Shown here in pieces: positions 45,301 to 57,300 of a stretch of 64,000 nucleotides of DNA. The notes under the pieces were generated by a model. It searched no databases. It was not told where the DNA came from and worked only from the letters and a program-made list of their open reading frames with translations. Origin of the DNA: Candidatus Omnitrophota bacterium (lineage in GTDB: Bacteria; Omnitrophota; Gorgyraeia; Zapsychrales; Zapsychraceae); the NCBI GenBank assembly GCA_050250375.1, contig JBFWOS010000003.1:559286-623285 (forward strand). Reading direction: 5' to 3'. A program made the position numbers and the translations under genes. Position 1 is the stretch's first letter; each line of letters begins with the position of its first letter.

Positions 45301-48300
45301 GGGCCATGGCTTCGGTCGTCAATCGGTCGCTGAACCTGGCTTTGGCGCGGGTGATTGTTTTGCCGGTTACCGCGGCCACCTGAACGCCAAATTGACGAAG
45401 CTGTTCGACGATTTGCACCGATTCATTGTCAAACGCGGTCTGATCATCTTCCGCGTTTCCGTGAAGCAGGGAATCATCCAGGTCGGTAATGACCAGCTTG
45501 AATTTCTTCTTCAGGCGGCGGTCGATTTCGTCGGAAGCGGCCTTCGCTTTTTGGTACTTGGATAATTCAGCGCTGTAAAGCTGTCGCAACGTTTGTTCAA
45601 TGGCTTGTGCGTAATCCACGGATACCAGATAACGTAAGGTCGCCACGGAACGGATGATCTTGCCGTCAATGTTGGCCATAACGTTCACTTCGTATTCATC
45701 TGCGACATCAACCAGTCCGCCGATATCGATCAACACAACTTTATCATCAATGATGCCGTGATTAACGAATGAAGGATCCTGGTTAATATAACCGTATCTC
45801 CTCAGCTCTTCCTGCAGGGTGATCCATTTTTGGACAAATGTGTCGATTTCGTCAAACCGTTTTTCCTTGGCCAGCAACTGTAATTTTCGGGCAAGCGTCA
45901 TTTCAACTTGTTGTTCCGCGGTCGAAACAGTGACCTTCCACGGCCAGCCGCGGACCCGAATGGTCTGCTGTCTGAACTCGTATTCAGCCGGGATAATACC
46001 TGTATCAGCCAGATTATTTTCTATGGTCCGTTCCCGTTCAAAAATCTTGTAGGCGTCTTTTTCTTCCCGGTCGATCACTTTGGCCAGGCGTGGGATTAAT
46101 CTCAGGACTCTTGTTGGGGTGACGATCAGGATCATAAACGCGACCGCCCGAATGATTCTTCTCGCCACTTGTCTGACCTTCATGGATAACGAATCCGGAC
46201 TGAATGTGTTAGCATCCACAATAATCCTGTCGTCTGACAAGAGCATTCCCCTTAATCGGAAAATGACCCATTCGGTTAAGCGGATGGCGAGCTGTTCATT
46301 GAATGACCGGAATCGTTTGATGACATACGTGCCGTTGCCGTAAACCACTTTTTCCCAGCCGGCGCCGATTCGTTTCAACGGTTTTTTCTTGAGTTCTTCA
46401 ACATCTTCTTCCGGCAAGAAGATCAGCCCTGAGGCGGCTAATGTAAGTTCTCCTGAACCATTGTTTAACAATTGGTCGGCCAGCCCGGCCAGACCCAGGA
46501 TGATCATGGCCTTCGGCGTTCCGCGCAACTTGGCGATCAGGCTTACGATAAATAAATATATTCTTAAGTACGCCGGTGGTGCCCGTAATTGAACGACTGC
46601 GTCTCTTTCGCGGACATACTGAACTTCGTTCGCCGGCCCGTAGAGCATGAAGATTGCATCCATGCCGGTGTACCTTCCGTTTTCAATCACGCCGACATTC
46701 CACTTGACGGCCCCGTTGTGTTCATGGAATCCCTGGGCTGAGGCAGGACTATAGGTGGCCAGGTATTGTATGCCTTCCCGTTCGGTTTGGTCGCGTTGAG
46801 CGAGGACTAACCCTTTGGCCAGTCCTTTGACCGGTTTTCCGTTGATCAAATAATAATCTTTTCTTTCTTTCGAGACTGTCCTGGCATCCGGCGCCCCGAG
46901 GGCAAAATTGAACCGCGCGTTAGCCGGCACATCAACGCTTCCACTCAAGGTGAACTTATTGGTCAGGCGATTGACGGATTTGAACATGCCGGAACGGATT
47001 TTCTTTGTCTGGATATGTTTGATCATGCGCGGTGATAAATATTTATCCACACTCCAGATCAACGCGCCGATAAAGTTTCGTTTTGTTTCCTTATCGATAA
47101 TTTGGGCAACAACGATGCCCTTGTTGTTATTTCTGATTGCGCTGCGTAATTGTTTCATCGTGACGGTTTCTTGCGGGGTAGTCATCCACGCGTCGTTGTG
47201 AACCTGGGTTAACTCCGCAGCTTCCGCGGTATAAGCCCAGCGATAAATCACATAGGCATCTTCACGTTCGTCAATATTGAAGAAAATCAATTCTTTGGCC
47301 GGGATGCGTCTGGCATCGCCGAATTTTTGTTCGACAAACCGCTCTAACGCAACCGGGATCACATTTCGGCGGACATAAAGCATCGGCATTTCAGTTCCGG
47401 TCTTGAGATGTTCGACCCGGGCTCTGTTGTATTGCTGGATGACTTTATCCCATGATCCCTTAATAACCTTACGGTCGACAAACATTTTCGCCAGCAGTCC
47501 GGCCAGCGCACCGCCGATAAGCGTTATGAACAATTCAATGCCGTCAAAACTGTCTCTGGCCGTTTCGGTGACACCGGATATTTCTTGAGCTTGAGCTTCG
47601 CCACCCATAAATCCGAAGGCTGTCAATGCCGCCGCGGATATACCCACGATGAACAACAGAGTGGACAACGTGGTAAACCCGCCTTCTCCCCGGTCTTTCT
47701 TCGGCCCGTCGCGCGGTTGCTGCGGTTCATGCTGATCGGTGGCCGGGGCTTCGGCGTCTTTCCTGACCGCGTTGCCCTGATCGGTCACGCTTCCTGGATT
47801 GAGTTCTTCCTGGAGCCGGATGTACAAATGCAGATATTCATTGATACTGCGGGTCCAGTCGTTATTGATTGACATTCCGTTTTCAATTAACGTTCTCCAG
47901 ATAGACGGTGCAAACTTATATGTTCCCCAGGCGCGTTCGATCGCATGGTGTAATTGATTTTTATTTTCCCCTCGGGCGATCTCATTGCCTTCTCTGTCGA
48001 GCATCCTTGACAGCCCCTTGAACACAAACCCGTTTGGTTTTGATCCGCCTTCAAACACGGTATCCGCCAGGCCGCCGGTCAGACGGACGATCGGGATCAC
48101 TCCATAACGCAAGGCGAGCATTTGAGTCAGGCCGCTCGGTTCATAATCAGACGGAACAAGCAGGACATCGGCGGCTGAATAAATATGCTGGGCGATCTCG
48201 TCCACAAATCCCTGCAGATAAACGATGGATATATTAATATTTTTCTTGCGGGCGTCTTCGGCCAGCTGGGCAAACCGTTGTTCCAATTTTGAATCGCCTG

Positions 48301-51300
48301 AACCGCCGACGATAATATCGATATCCAGCGCTTTCATCCGGCCGGCGTACATATCATCCACCATATCGGCCAGGATATCGAGCTGCTTTTGTTCAACAAG
48401 GCGGGACACGACGCCCACCAGCAGACGATCGCTGCCAGGAGTCAGGTACCCGTGTTTGGTTACTTTATCTTTCGTGACTTCCTTCACGTCACGGCCTTCC
48501 GCGAGCATTTCCTGAAGATGCTGTTTGTTTTGTGCGCGGGCTTCAAGGACGGCATCAATACCCTGCTCGATGGAATAATTCTTGAAGAACACTTTGTTGG
48601 TTGACGGATCATTCAATCTGAAGTGAATACCGTTTAATATACCCTTGAACCGTTCGCCTAATGTCTTGAGCAATGTCAACCCGCTGAATAATGTGTCGAT
48701 GACTTCTTTCAGATAACCGCGGCTGACCGTATTCACGGCATTACCCAGGGCGCTGATCTTAGTGAATGTTTGCGGGACAATACCCATCATATTGATCCGG
48801 CTTCTGTGGACGACAAGCTCCCTGACGGCCGGAAACTCTTCTAATCCGAGTTCAGGATACAAGGCCTGCGGATAAGATCCCTGGTAACCGATGTTGTGGA
48901 TCGTAAACAGATTTCCGGTGCGTTCAAAATGTTCTTTATGGATCGTACGCATGTAGAGCGACACCAGGGCTGTATGGTGATCATGGGTGTGGACAATCGC
49001 CGGTTTCAACCCGATATGTTTCATTAACTCCAAAGAGCCCCGGGATAACAGGATTGATTCATAGAAGCCGGTGCGTTCGGTCTTATAGGCTGAATCAAAG
49101 AATTCCGTCGAGTCGGCATCCAGCATGTAGACCGTGATGCCTTCAACGGTCAATTTCTTAGCCGTCAGGACGACATTTTCGTTTTCCTTGAATGGTACTT
49201 CAAAGGCGAAACCTTCGACGTCTTCGGCCCCGGCATAAGCCGGATTTACGGCCAGTTGTTTGAAGTAAGGAATGATGACCACCAGATCGTGTCCGATTTC
49301 GGCCAGGGCTTTAGGCAGTTCGTACATAACATCTCCCTGTCCGCCCTTCTTGACCAGCGGCCCGAATTCCATGGCGACCAGAGCAACTGTGCCTTTGAAG
49401 TTTTGTTGAATGGTCACACGGCCGTTTCCGTAACTGACGTCTGCCCATTCGCGTGAACCGTCTTCGTTTTCAAGGACAAACGTGTATTCGAAATTACGTT
49501 CGACGATTACCTTAACGGTGTAGTGGGCGCGGGACTCGGTGTTTTCAATAAAGGTCACCGGATGGGTATAATCTTTCCATTCTCCGTCCATATTGGAATG
49601 AAGGATAACACGGCGGGTTCCCGTTTCATCTCTGCGGTTAGCGGCAACTTCCAGTGTAACTTCTTGCCCCACTTCAACCGTCCTGAAGGCATTCACAATC
49701 TGACCTCCGGTGGTTGACCTTAAGGCCGCGATGAATTCACGTGTCCCGCGGTACATGACAACACCCAGCGGCGGAACAGTAATTTCGATGGAGTCGGCAC
49801 GGCCGTTTGAGGCGACCGGCTGTGTATTGTGTTTGTCTCTGTCAACGACATCGCTGCCGCCGTACTTGACTGAATCACTGTTAAAGACCGGTTCCCAAAG
49901 GCCGGCAAACGGCACACCTACGCGGTAATCCTGATAAACAACCGGTGTAAAGTTGGCGACAACCAGAACGACTTCATTCGGGTTTTCACTCCTGCGGATA
50001 AAGCTGAGAACCCCGCGTTCCGCGTCGTCAAAGTTGATGGCTTCGAACCCTTCCCGGCTAAAATCAAAACGGTGCAGGTTGCGGTCGTTCTTGTAAAGCC
50101 GGTTGAGGTCGCGGACCAGGGTTTGAATGCCCTGGTGCAGCGGATACTCAAGCAGATGCCATTCGAGGTCACGGTCCGGATTCCATTCCGCGGTCTGGGC
50201 CAAATCAGCGCCCATAAACAATAACTTCTTGCCAGGTGTGGCGAACATCAGCGCGTACAACAGTCTCAAGTTGGCAAAACGCTGCCATTCATCGCCCGGC
50301 ATCTTGCCGATCAGCGAACCTTTACCATGGACGACTTCGTCATGGGCCAGGGCCAGCATGAACCGTTCCGTAAATGCGTACATGCTGTAGAACGTGATGT
50401 CGTTATGGTGGAATCGTCGGTGGATCGGTTGACGGCTGAAATACTTGAGCGTATCATTCATCCAGCCCATGGCCCACTTAATGTCAAATCCAAGGGCCTT
50501 ATCACCGGACTCTATCGGCGCGGTTACACCCGGCCAATCAGTTGATTCTTCGGCGATGGTTATGATTTCCGGATATACCTGATGAGCGGTGGTGTTGAGT
50601 TGACGGATGAATCGTACCGCCTCAAGGTTTTCATTTCCGCCGTAAATGTTCGGAATCCATTGTCCTGGTTGCCGGCCGTAATTCAGATACAGCATGGATG
50701 ATACGGCATCCACGCGGATACCATCGATGTGATATTCACGCATCCAGTACATGGCGTTGCTCAACAGGAAGCTGATCACTTCGTGACGGCCGTAATTAAA
50801 GATCAACGTACCCCAATCCGGATGGTCGCTTTGGATCGGCAATTCATGAGAATAGAGTTCTGTACCGTCGAAGCGGACCAGTCCGTGCAGGTCGCGCGGG
50901 AAGTGGGCCGGGACCCAGTCGAAGAAGACACCGAAGCCGGCCTGATGCAGCTGATCGATCAAATACTTCAGATCTTCCGGCGTCCCGTATCGTGATGTCG
51001 GCGAGAAGTAATTGCTGACTTGGTAACCCCAGGACGGATAATAACTGTGCTCATAAGGAGGCAAGAACTGGACGTGGGTAAATTCCGTTTCTTGTAAATG
51101 CTTGATCAGTTCAGGAGCGAGTTCGCGATAGGTTAACGGGGCCCTTTCGCCTTCTTCTGTCGTCTTGTTCCTGAACGACCCTAAATGGAGTTCAAAAACG
51201 CTGATCGGAGCTGAACTGGCGTTTGACTGAGCCCTTCGTTCCATCCACTTGCGGTCATGCCATCGGTATTTACCTGTATCCGAGACGATGGATGATGTCC

Positions 51301-54300
51301 GGTCCGCATTGTCGCCGGTCGGGAATTCGCTTGCGAAGGCATACGGATCGGCCTTGATCCTGACCACTTTGTCCCGCCCGATAATGCGGAATTTGTAAAG
51401 GGCGCCTTCGGTGACCCGCGGCACATATATCGACCAGACGCCGGTTGATGGATCAAATCTCATGCGGCCGCCTCTGTGCTTCCAGCCGTTGAAATCACCG
51501 ATGACAGAAACGGAGCGCGCATTCGGCGCCCAGACGGCGAAGTAGGTCCCGTAGACGGTATGTTCCGTCTTGACCAGGTGAGCGCCGAGCTTATCATAAA
51601 TCTGGCTATGCGCGCCTTGCTGAACGAATAACAGTTTATCGAGGTCTCCGAACTGCAGGCCTTGCATAATCTTTAGAACGCGGGCTGATTCTTCATCCAG
51701 CTGAATGTGACCTTGTTCGACGGCCGCAGATATTTCGCTGACGGCTTCCGGACGGCTGGCGTACGTCAGAAGGCTGTCCTGAATATAATTATTCAGATAA
51801 TGTTCTTCACGGGCGCTGTTTTGTTCATGCGTCAGATCAAATTCAGCCAGGGCGCCGACTTCATGGATCAAACTGGCCGCCATCTGATTGACGGTCAGGT
51901 ATCCGAGTTCTTCATATTCCGCCGCGTTGGACAGGACGATGTATTCCTCACCGTCATAAACGTAAACAGCAGCGAGGATTCCCGTCACCGGACCGGCGCG
52001 AAGGAGTCCGGCACGGGCCATGGTTCTCAGGCGCTGGGCCATGGCTTTATAACCGTTTGCGCGCAGGTATCGATGGGCGGCGATTACGGCCGGATGATTG
52101 ATGGCCACCATTTCCAGCCGTTTGATATCTTTATCTCGTGATTGTTCAGTGGCGGTTTTAAGGAATGCGAACGCCTCTGGTGTCAACGCTTCAGCCGTTA
52201 CTCTCCATGTCCAGTTGTTTTCAACCGTACCGGGTTTATTCATCCGGGCTTCTTCATCCAGGCCGAGAATATCTTGTAACGGAACGATGGCGAGACGTGA
52301 TTTTGAATCGACAGCCATCTGGACAAAACGTTCATGAATATCTTCTTCTATATTTTCTTCCGCGAGATGTTCCGTTATTTCACGTTTCTGTTCAGCAGTA
52401 GCTTCGCGGGTATACCAGCCTACGGTGGTATTATTATCATGAGTACCGGTGTAGACCACAGAATTTTCAACGTGATTGTCCGGATGGTAACGATGATCTC
52501 CTTCAAACCCGAACTGAAGAACGTTCATGCCTGACAATTCAAATTGTTTAAGCAGGACCGTCACGTCCTCTGTAATAATCCCCAGGTCTTCAGCGATGAA
52601 CGGCAGCGATGGGAATTGTTCGCTCAGATGGCTGAAAAAGTCGGCGCCCGGCCCAGGCACCCATTCGCCAGCCAGGGCGTTTTCGGCCTTGGCCGGGATG
52701 GACCAGTAGCCGGCAAATCCGCGGAAATGATCCAGGCGGACCAGGTCGAAATAATTCAACTGCTGCTGCAGACGCATGGTCCACCAGTCGTAGTTATTTT
52801 CCTTGAGCGCATCCCAAAGGTAAACCGGGTTGCCCCAAACCTGGCCAGTGGCACTGAAGGCATCTGCCGGCGCGCCGGCGACATGAAGCGGCTGGTTGTC
52901 TTTGCCCAGATCGAAATATTCTCGGTGGGCCCAGACATCGGCGCTGTCATGGCTGACATAGATCGGCGCGTCTCCGATAAACCGGACGCCTTTCTCAGCG
53001 GCGTACGCTTTCAAGGCCCGGAATTGTTTGTAGAGCATAAACTGCACAAACATAATCTCTTCAACAGCGGCCTTATGTTGTTCCCGGTAATTGGCCAGGA
53101 TCGTTTCGTTTCTGTCTCTTAATGAATCGGTCCATTCATACCAGGCTTGCCCGTTGTTATTTTCTTTCAGGACCATGAACAACGCGTAATCTTGTAACCA
53201 ATAATTATTGTTGAACATAAAGAGTTCAAATTCACTGTTGCCGTTCTTGGCCTTGAAGCGTTCATAGGCCAGTTTGAGCAGGCCTCCCTTGAAGGCAGCA
53301 ACGGTGTTGTAATCGACCTTGGTTTCATCCGTTGTTTCAAAGGCGGCCGCTTCTTCGGCGGTCAGCAATCCTTCGGCGACCAATTTCTCGATGCTGATCA
53401 TCAGAGGATTCAAGGCGAAGGCTGAATCGCTCAGGTACGGTGAATTTAATGTTGAAACCGCGGTCGGCGTCAACGGCAGCATCTGCCAGTAACGCTGCTT
53501 GGCTCCGGCGAGAAGATCGACAAACGCGTAAGCAGCCGGTCCGAAATCACCGATGCCGTGGCGTGAAGGCAATGAGGTTACGGACAGCAGGACCCCGCTT
53601 TCTCTCGGCTGGATGATCCGTTCGACTTCGAAACGGACTGATTGTTGATCCGGCATTTCTTCTCCCGACACCGGCCGCGCAGGATCTTTGGCGGCGACGG
53701 TTTCGAATGTTCTGACCAGATATTCGAACGGACGAAGCGTGATTGTTTCTTGAGCGGTAAACGCGCTTTGCTGGCCGTTCTCAACATTGGTCCACACGCC
53801 CTGGGCATTACTTTGGCCAGAATTCCACTCTTCCGCCCAGAGGTGAAGGGTGAATTGACGGGTTTCACCGGAATAGTTGGCGATGACCAGCGCCTGTTCC
53901 TGGGCGAGGCTGCGTTGATAGGCGATCACGCCCTTCGGCAAGTCTCCGGTATGAACCGCATTTGTGTCACCTTTGCGCCATAACGCTGATTTCGTTTTAT
54001 TTAACCAGGTATCATAAAATTCCTTCTGTTCTTGATCATACGGCTCGGCTTCATGGTTTTGGGTAACATAGGTTGCGTTCGGTTTTTCGTTTGAACGGCC
54101 GCGGCGCTGGCCGGCGTTGATCATCACCATACCCGGCATGGTCATCATCAGGACAGCGGCTGCTCTTTGTTGTTCACGGTTCAATATCCTGGCGACGCGC
54201 TCGGACGGATCATCATGGTTTTCCAAGAAATGGACGGTGCGCGTTAAATATTCATTTGATGTGCGTTGCCGGTTGGTCAGGTAATCTCTTAATTCTTCAA

Positions 54301-57300
54301 CCGGGAAACGCTGTTCGACCAGGATGTCGAACACATGTTTGTCGTAGGTAAAATGAATGCCCAATCGCTGCAATGCCCCTTCGTGCTGGGCATAACCTTC
54401 GCCGATCAGGATGGCGTTGTTGTATGCACCTAAGAATTCATGCAGGAATCCAGGGATAAATTCTTCTGTTAGGATCTCATTTCCGCCTAACGGTTGTAAA
54501 TCACGGTTGATATGTTCTTTTAACAGCAGATGCGCCATATCGATTCTGGCACCGCCGCCGTTGGTGATATCCAGGATGTATTGCATTTTCGCGGCCATCT
54601 GGGCTCTTAATGCCGGGTTCGACCAGTCTAACTGGGCGGTATCGATCCATGAACCGGAGAACCCTTCTTGTCCGTGCAGAATGGCTTTCGGCCCATTTGC
54701 TGTTTGGACCATAAAGTAACGATTCGTGTATTTCTTGACATCTTCGCGGTTCTTCAAATATTCACTCAGGGTCGTGACCGGTTCATTCAATTGAGCCGCG
54801 TCGCGTGAAATGAACCATTCCGGATGGGCGATGGTCCATGGTGAATCGGCGGCCATGTGGTTCGGAACAAAGTCGACGACCACTTTCAGGCCGGCGGCGT
54901 TGGCGCGTTTGACAAATTTGCGGAACGATCTCTCCGTACCAAATTCTTCGTCGATCGTGTAATCTTTAATGCTGTACGCTGACCCGACCCGTTTTGGATC
55001 CCACATCTTGTTGAAGTCTGTTGTAAATTGTCCTCTCTTCCAGATACCCATCATCCAGATCACATTAAATCCGTCGGCTCTCATCGTTCTGAGGGTTTTA
55101 TTGTCAATTTCATCGAACCGGCGGCCTTTTTCGCGGGTATGCCATAAGAATAAATGGGCGCCTTGTGTTCTGATTTCTTCATCGAGATCAGACCCTGGTT
55201 GCGTAGCGGCCGGGAATTCCCCGCTAACCTTTCGTTCAGCCAGTTCAAAAATTCTGCGGTTATAGTCTGCGTGGACTTTGGCCGCCGCGATAATCGCCTC
55301 TTCCTTGGCCAGCCAGGCGATTTGCGCATAATCCATATCCGGCAATTGCCGTCTCAATGTTTCCATCGCCCGTTGCAGTGTCTGCGCATAAACCTTATCG
55401 ATATCAACAGCCAGCTGGAATAAGATCATTTGTTGTTCGACAGATGGTACAACCCACTTTCTCAGGCTCGGCACATAAACCCGTTTGTGTTTGGCCACAA
55501 ACAAGTTTGGCGGTGTGCGTTTGAAATGAACGGTGCGTTCCGCTTCTTCATCGATCGGGGCGACATTGATCGCGTGGAATTTAACGGCGGTGTAATCGGC
55601 ATTGACCAATCCCGCGCTGTAGATGACAGATGGTGGTGCGTTGATCTGGTTGAGTTTACCGGATGCGGTCTGATCAACGATCACGTAGAGATTATGTTGA
55701 CGCTGCAATCCTGAGGCCGGCACCTTCGGCGTCACATCACCTTCAAGCGCGGCGGCCATAATACCAGCCTTCTTCTCGCCGTTGGCCATGAAGAATGTGT
55801 TGCGGGCTTCAAAGATATCGGCCAAGCCCATGGTATAGGCGTATGGAACCCGTCGGATGTCTGCGTAGTCACTGATGTTGGAATCAATCGTGCTTTGGGT
55901 CAAGCGGATTTGTCTTATTCTTGAGCTGAATTTATTATCGGCTGAAGGTTCATTGAAGGCCAAATGTCCGTTAGCACCGATGCCTAACATCACGATGTCC
56001 GCTCCGCCCATCTGTCTCAACGTTTGCGTATATCGTCTCAGATAAACCGGAAGAATGAAGGCTGTGTAGACCGGGCTTAAGATGTATTTGGTCACAATAT
56101 ACGGGATAGATTTATATTGGTACGGATCATATTTCACATAATCTGCGACCAGATGGATATTTTCTTGCGGGATCGCGACTCTGGAGAACAGGTTCTCGTT
56201 CAAGAAATAAGCGAATGACGCTTGGTGATCCCTGGTGAGACCTCTGTATTCATCCAGATGGAACGCGTTGATGCGTGACCATTCAATTCCTTCTATCCTG
56301 GCCAGTTCGTGCAGGAATTGTTTCATCGTGTTGCCGGTGGCAAAGATAATATTGATCGTTTCTTTAACCTTTAATAATTCTTTTATCTTGGCCGCGACTT
56401 GTCCGGCGGCGCCAGGGGCGAATTGGTCAGGAGCGTACACACTTACGTTATTCGTCTTCGCGGTTTGTTCTCCGGCCATTTGTTCTTTATCCGCATGGCG
56501 AACGGCTTTGAATGCGGCTTTGGCCAGCCAGACAAACGGACCGACGAAACCGATGAAGACCAGATACCATTTATTTCTTCTTAATTGGGCATCTTTAATG
56601 AAGAACCCTTTCTTGTTCACGGCCGATGAGTAGAAGATGTTGAAGAATTGAGTAGAAATACCGTCCAAAGCCACTGCAACCGCAGATAACGCTGGATGTT
56701 GAATCATTAAGCCGCGCAGGATCGAATAGAAGCGGGTCATCCAGAACGCTTCAAATTGTTTTTCGTGGGCCTTAAGCGCTTCTTCTCTTAATTGTTCAAC
56801 ATTGCCACGGATCAGTTCAACCAGCTTGCTATAACCAAACGATCTTAAGCGAACCATCGCCCCAATGCCGACAATCTTCAGGGCAGAGATGAAGGCTGTT
56901 TCTAAATCAGCTGGCTGGTCACCAAACAGACCCGGCATCACTTGGCCGGCCGCCCAGACAATGATAGTAATAGCCAAAGTACCAAGTGCGACGAAACGGG
57001 TTGTCATAAAGAAATTCCTGATTTTGAATGTCTTGAAGAAATTGACCGTGCGGGCTTCCACCATACTTCCAACGACATAGGTCAGGCCGAGGAAGGCGCT
57101 GATCGACAAGATCAGATATCCGAGCATCACACCTTTTGGCGCGATCACGGTGAAGTAGGCCAAACTCAAGAGGCCCATCGCGAGGCCTAACGGGAAGGCG
57201 AGCACGACTTGTTTCTTGATGATGCCGTGGCCACTGATCCACTGTCCGGTGAGGTCGGTGGCGGCCATAAAGATACCGAAGACGATGATATTGGCCACCG

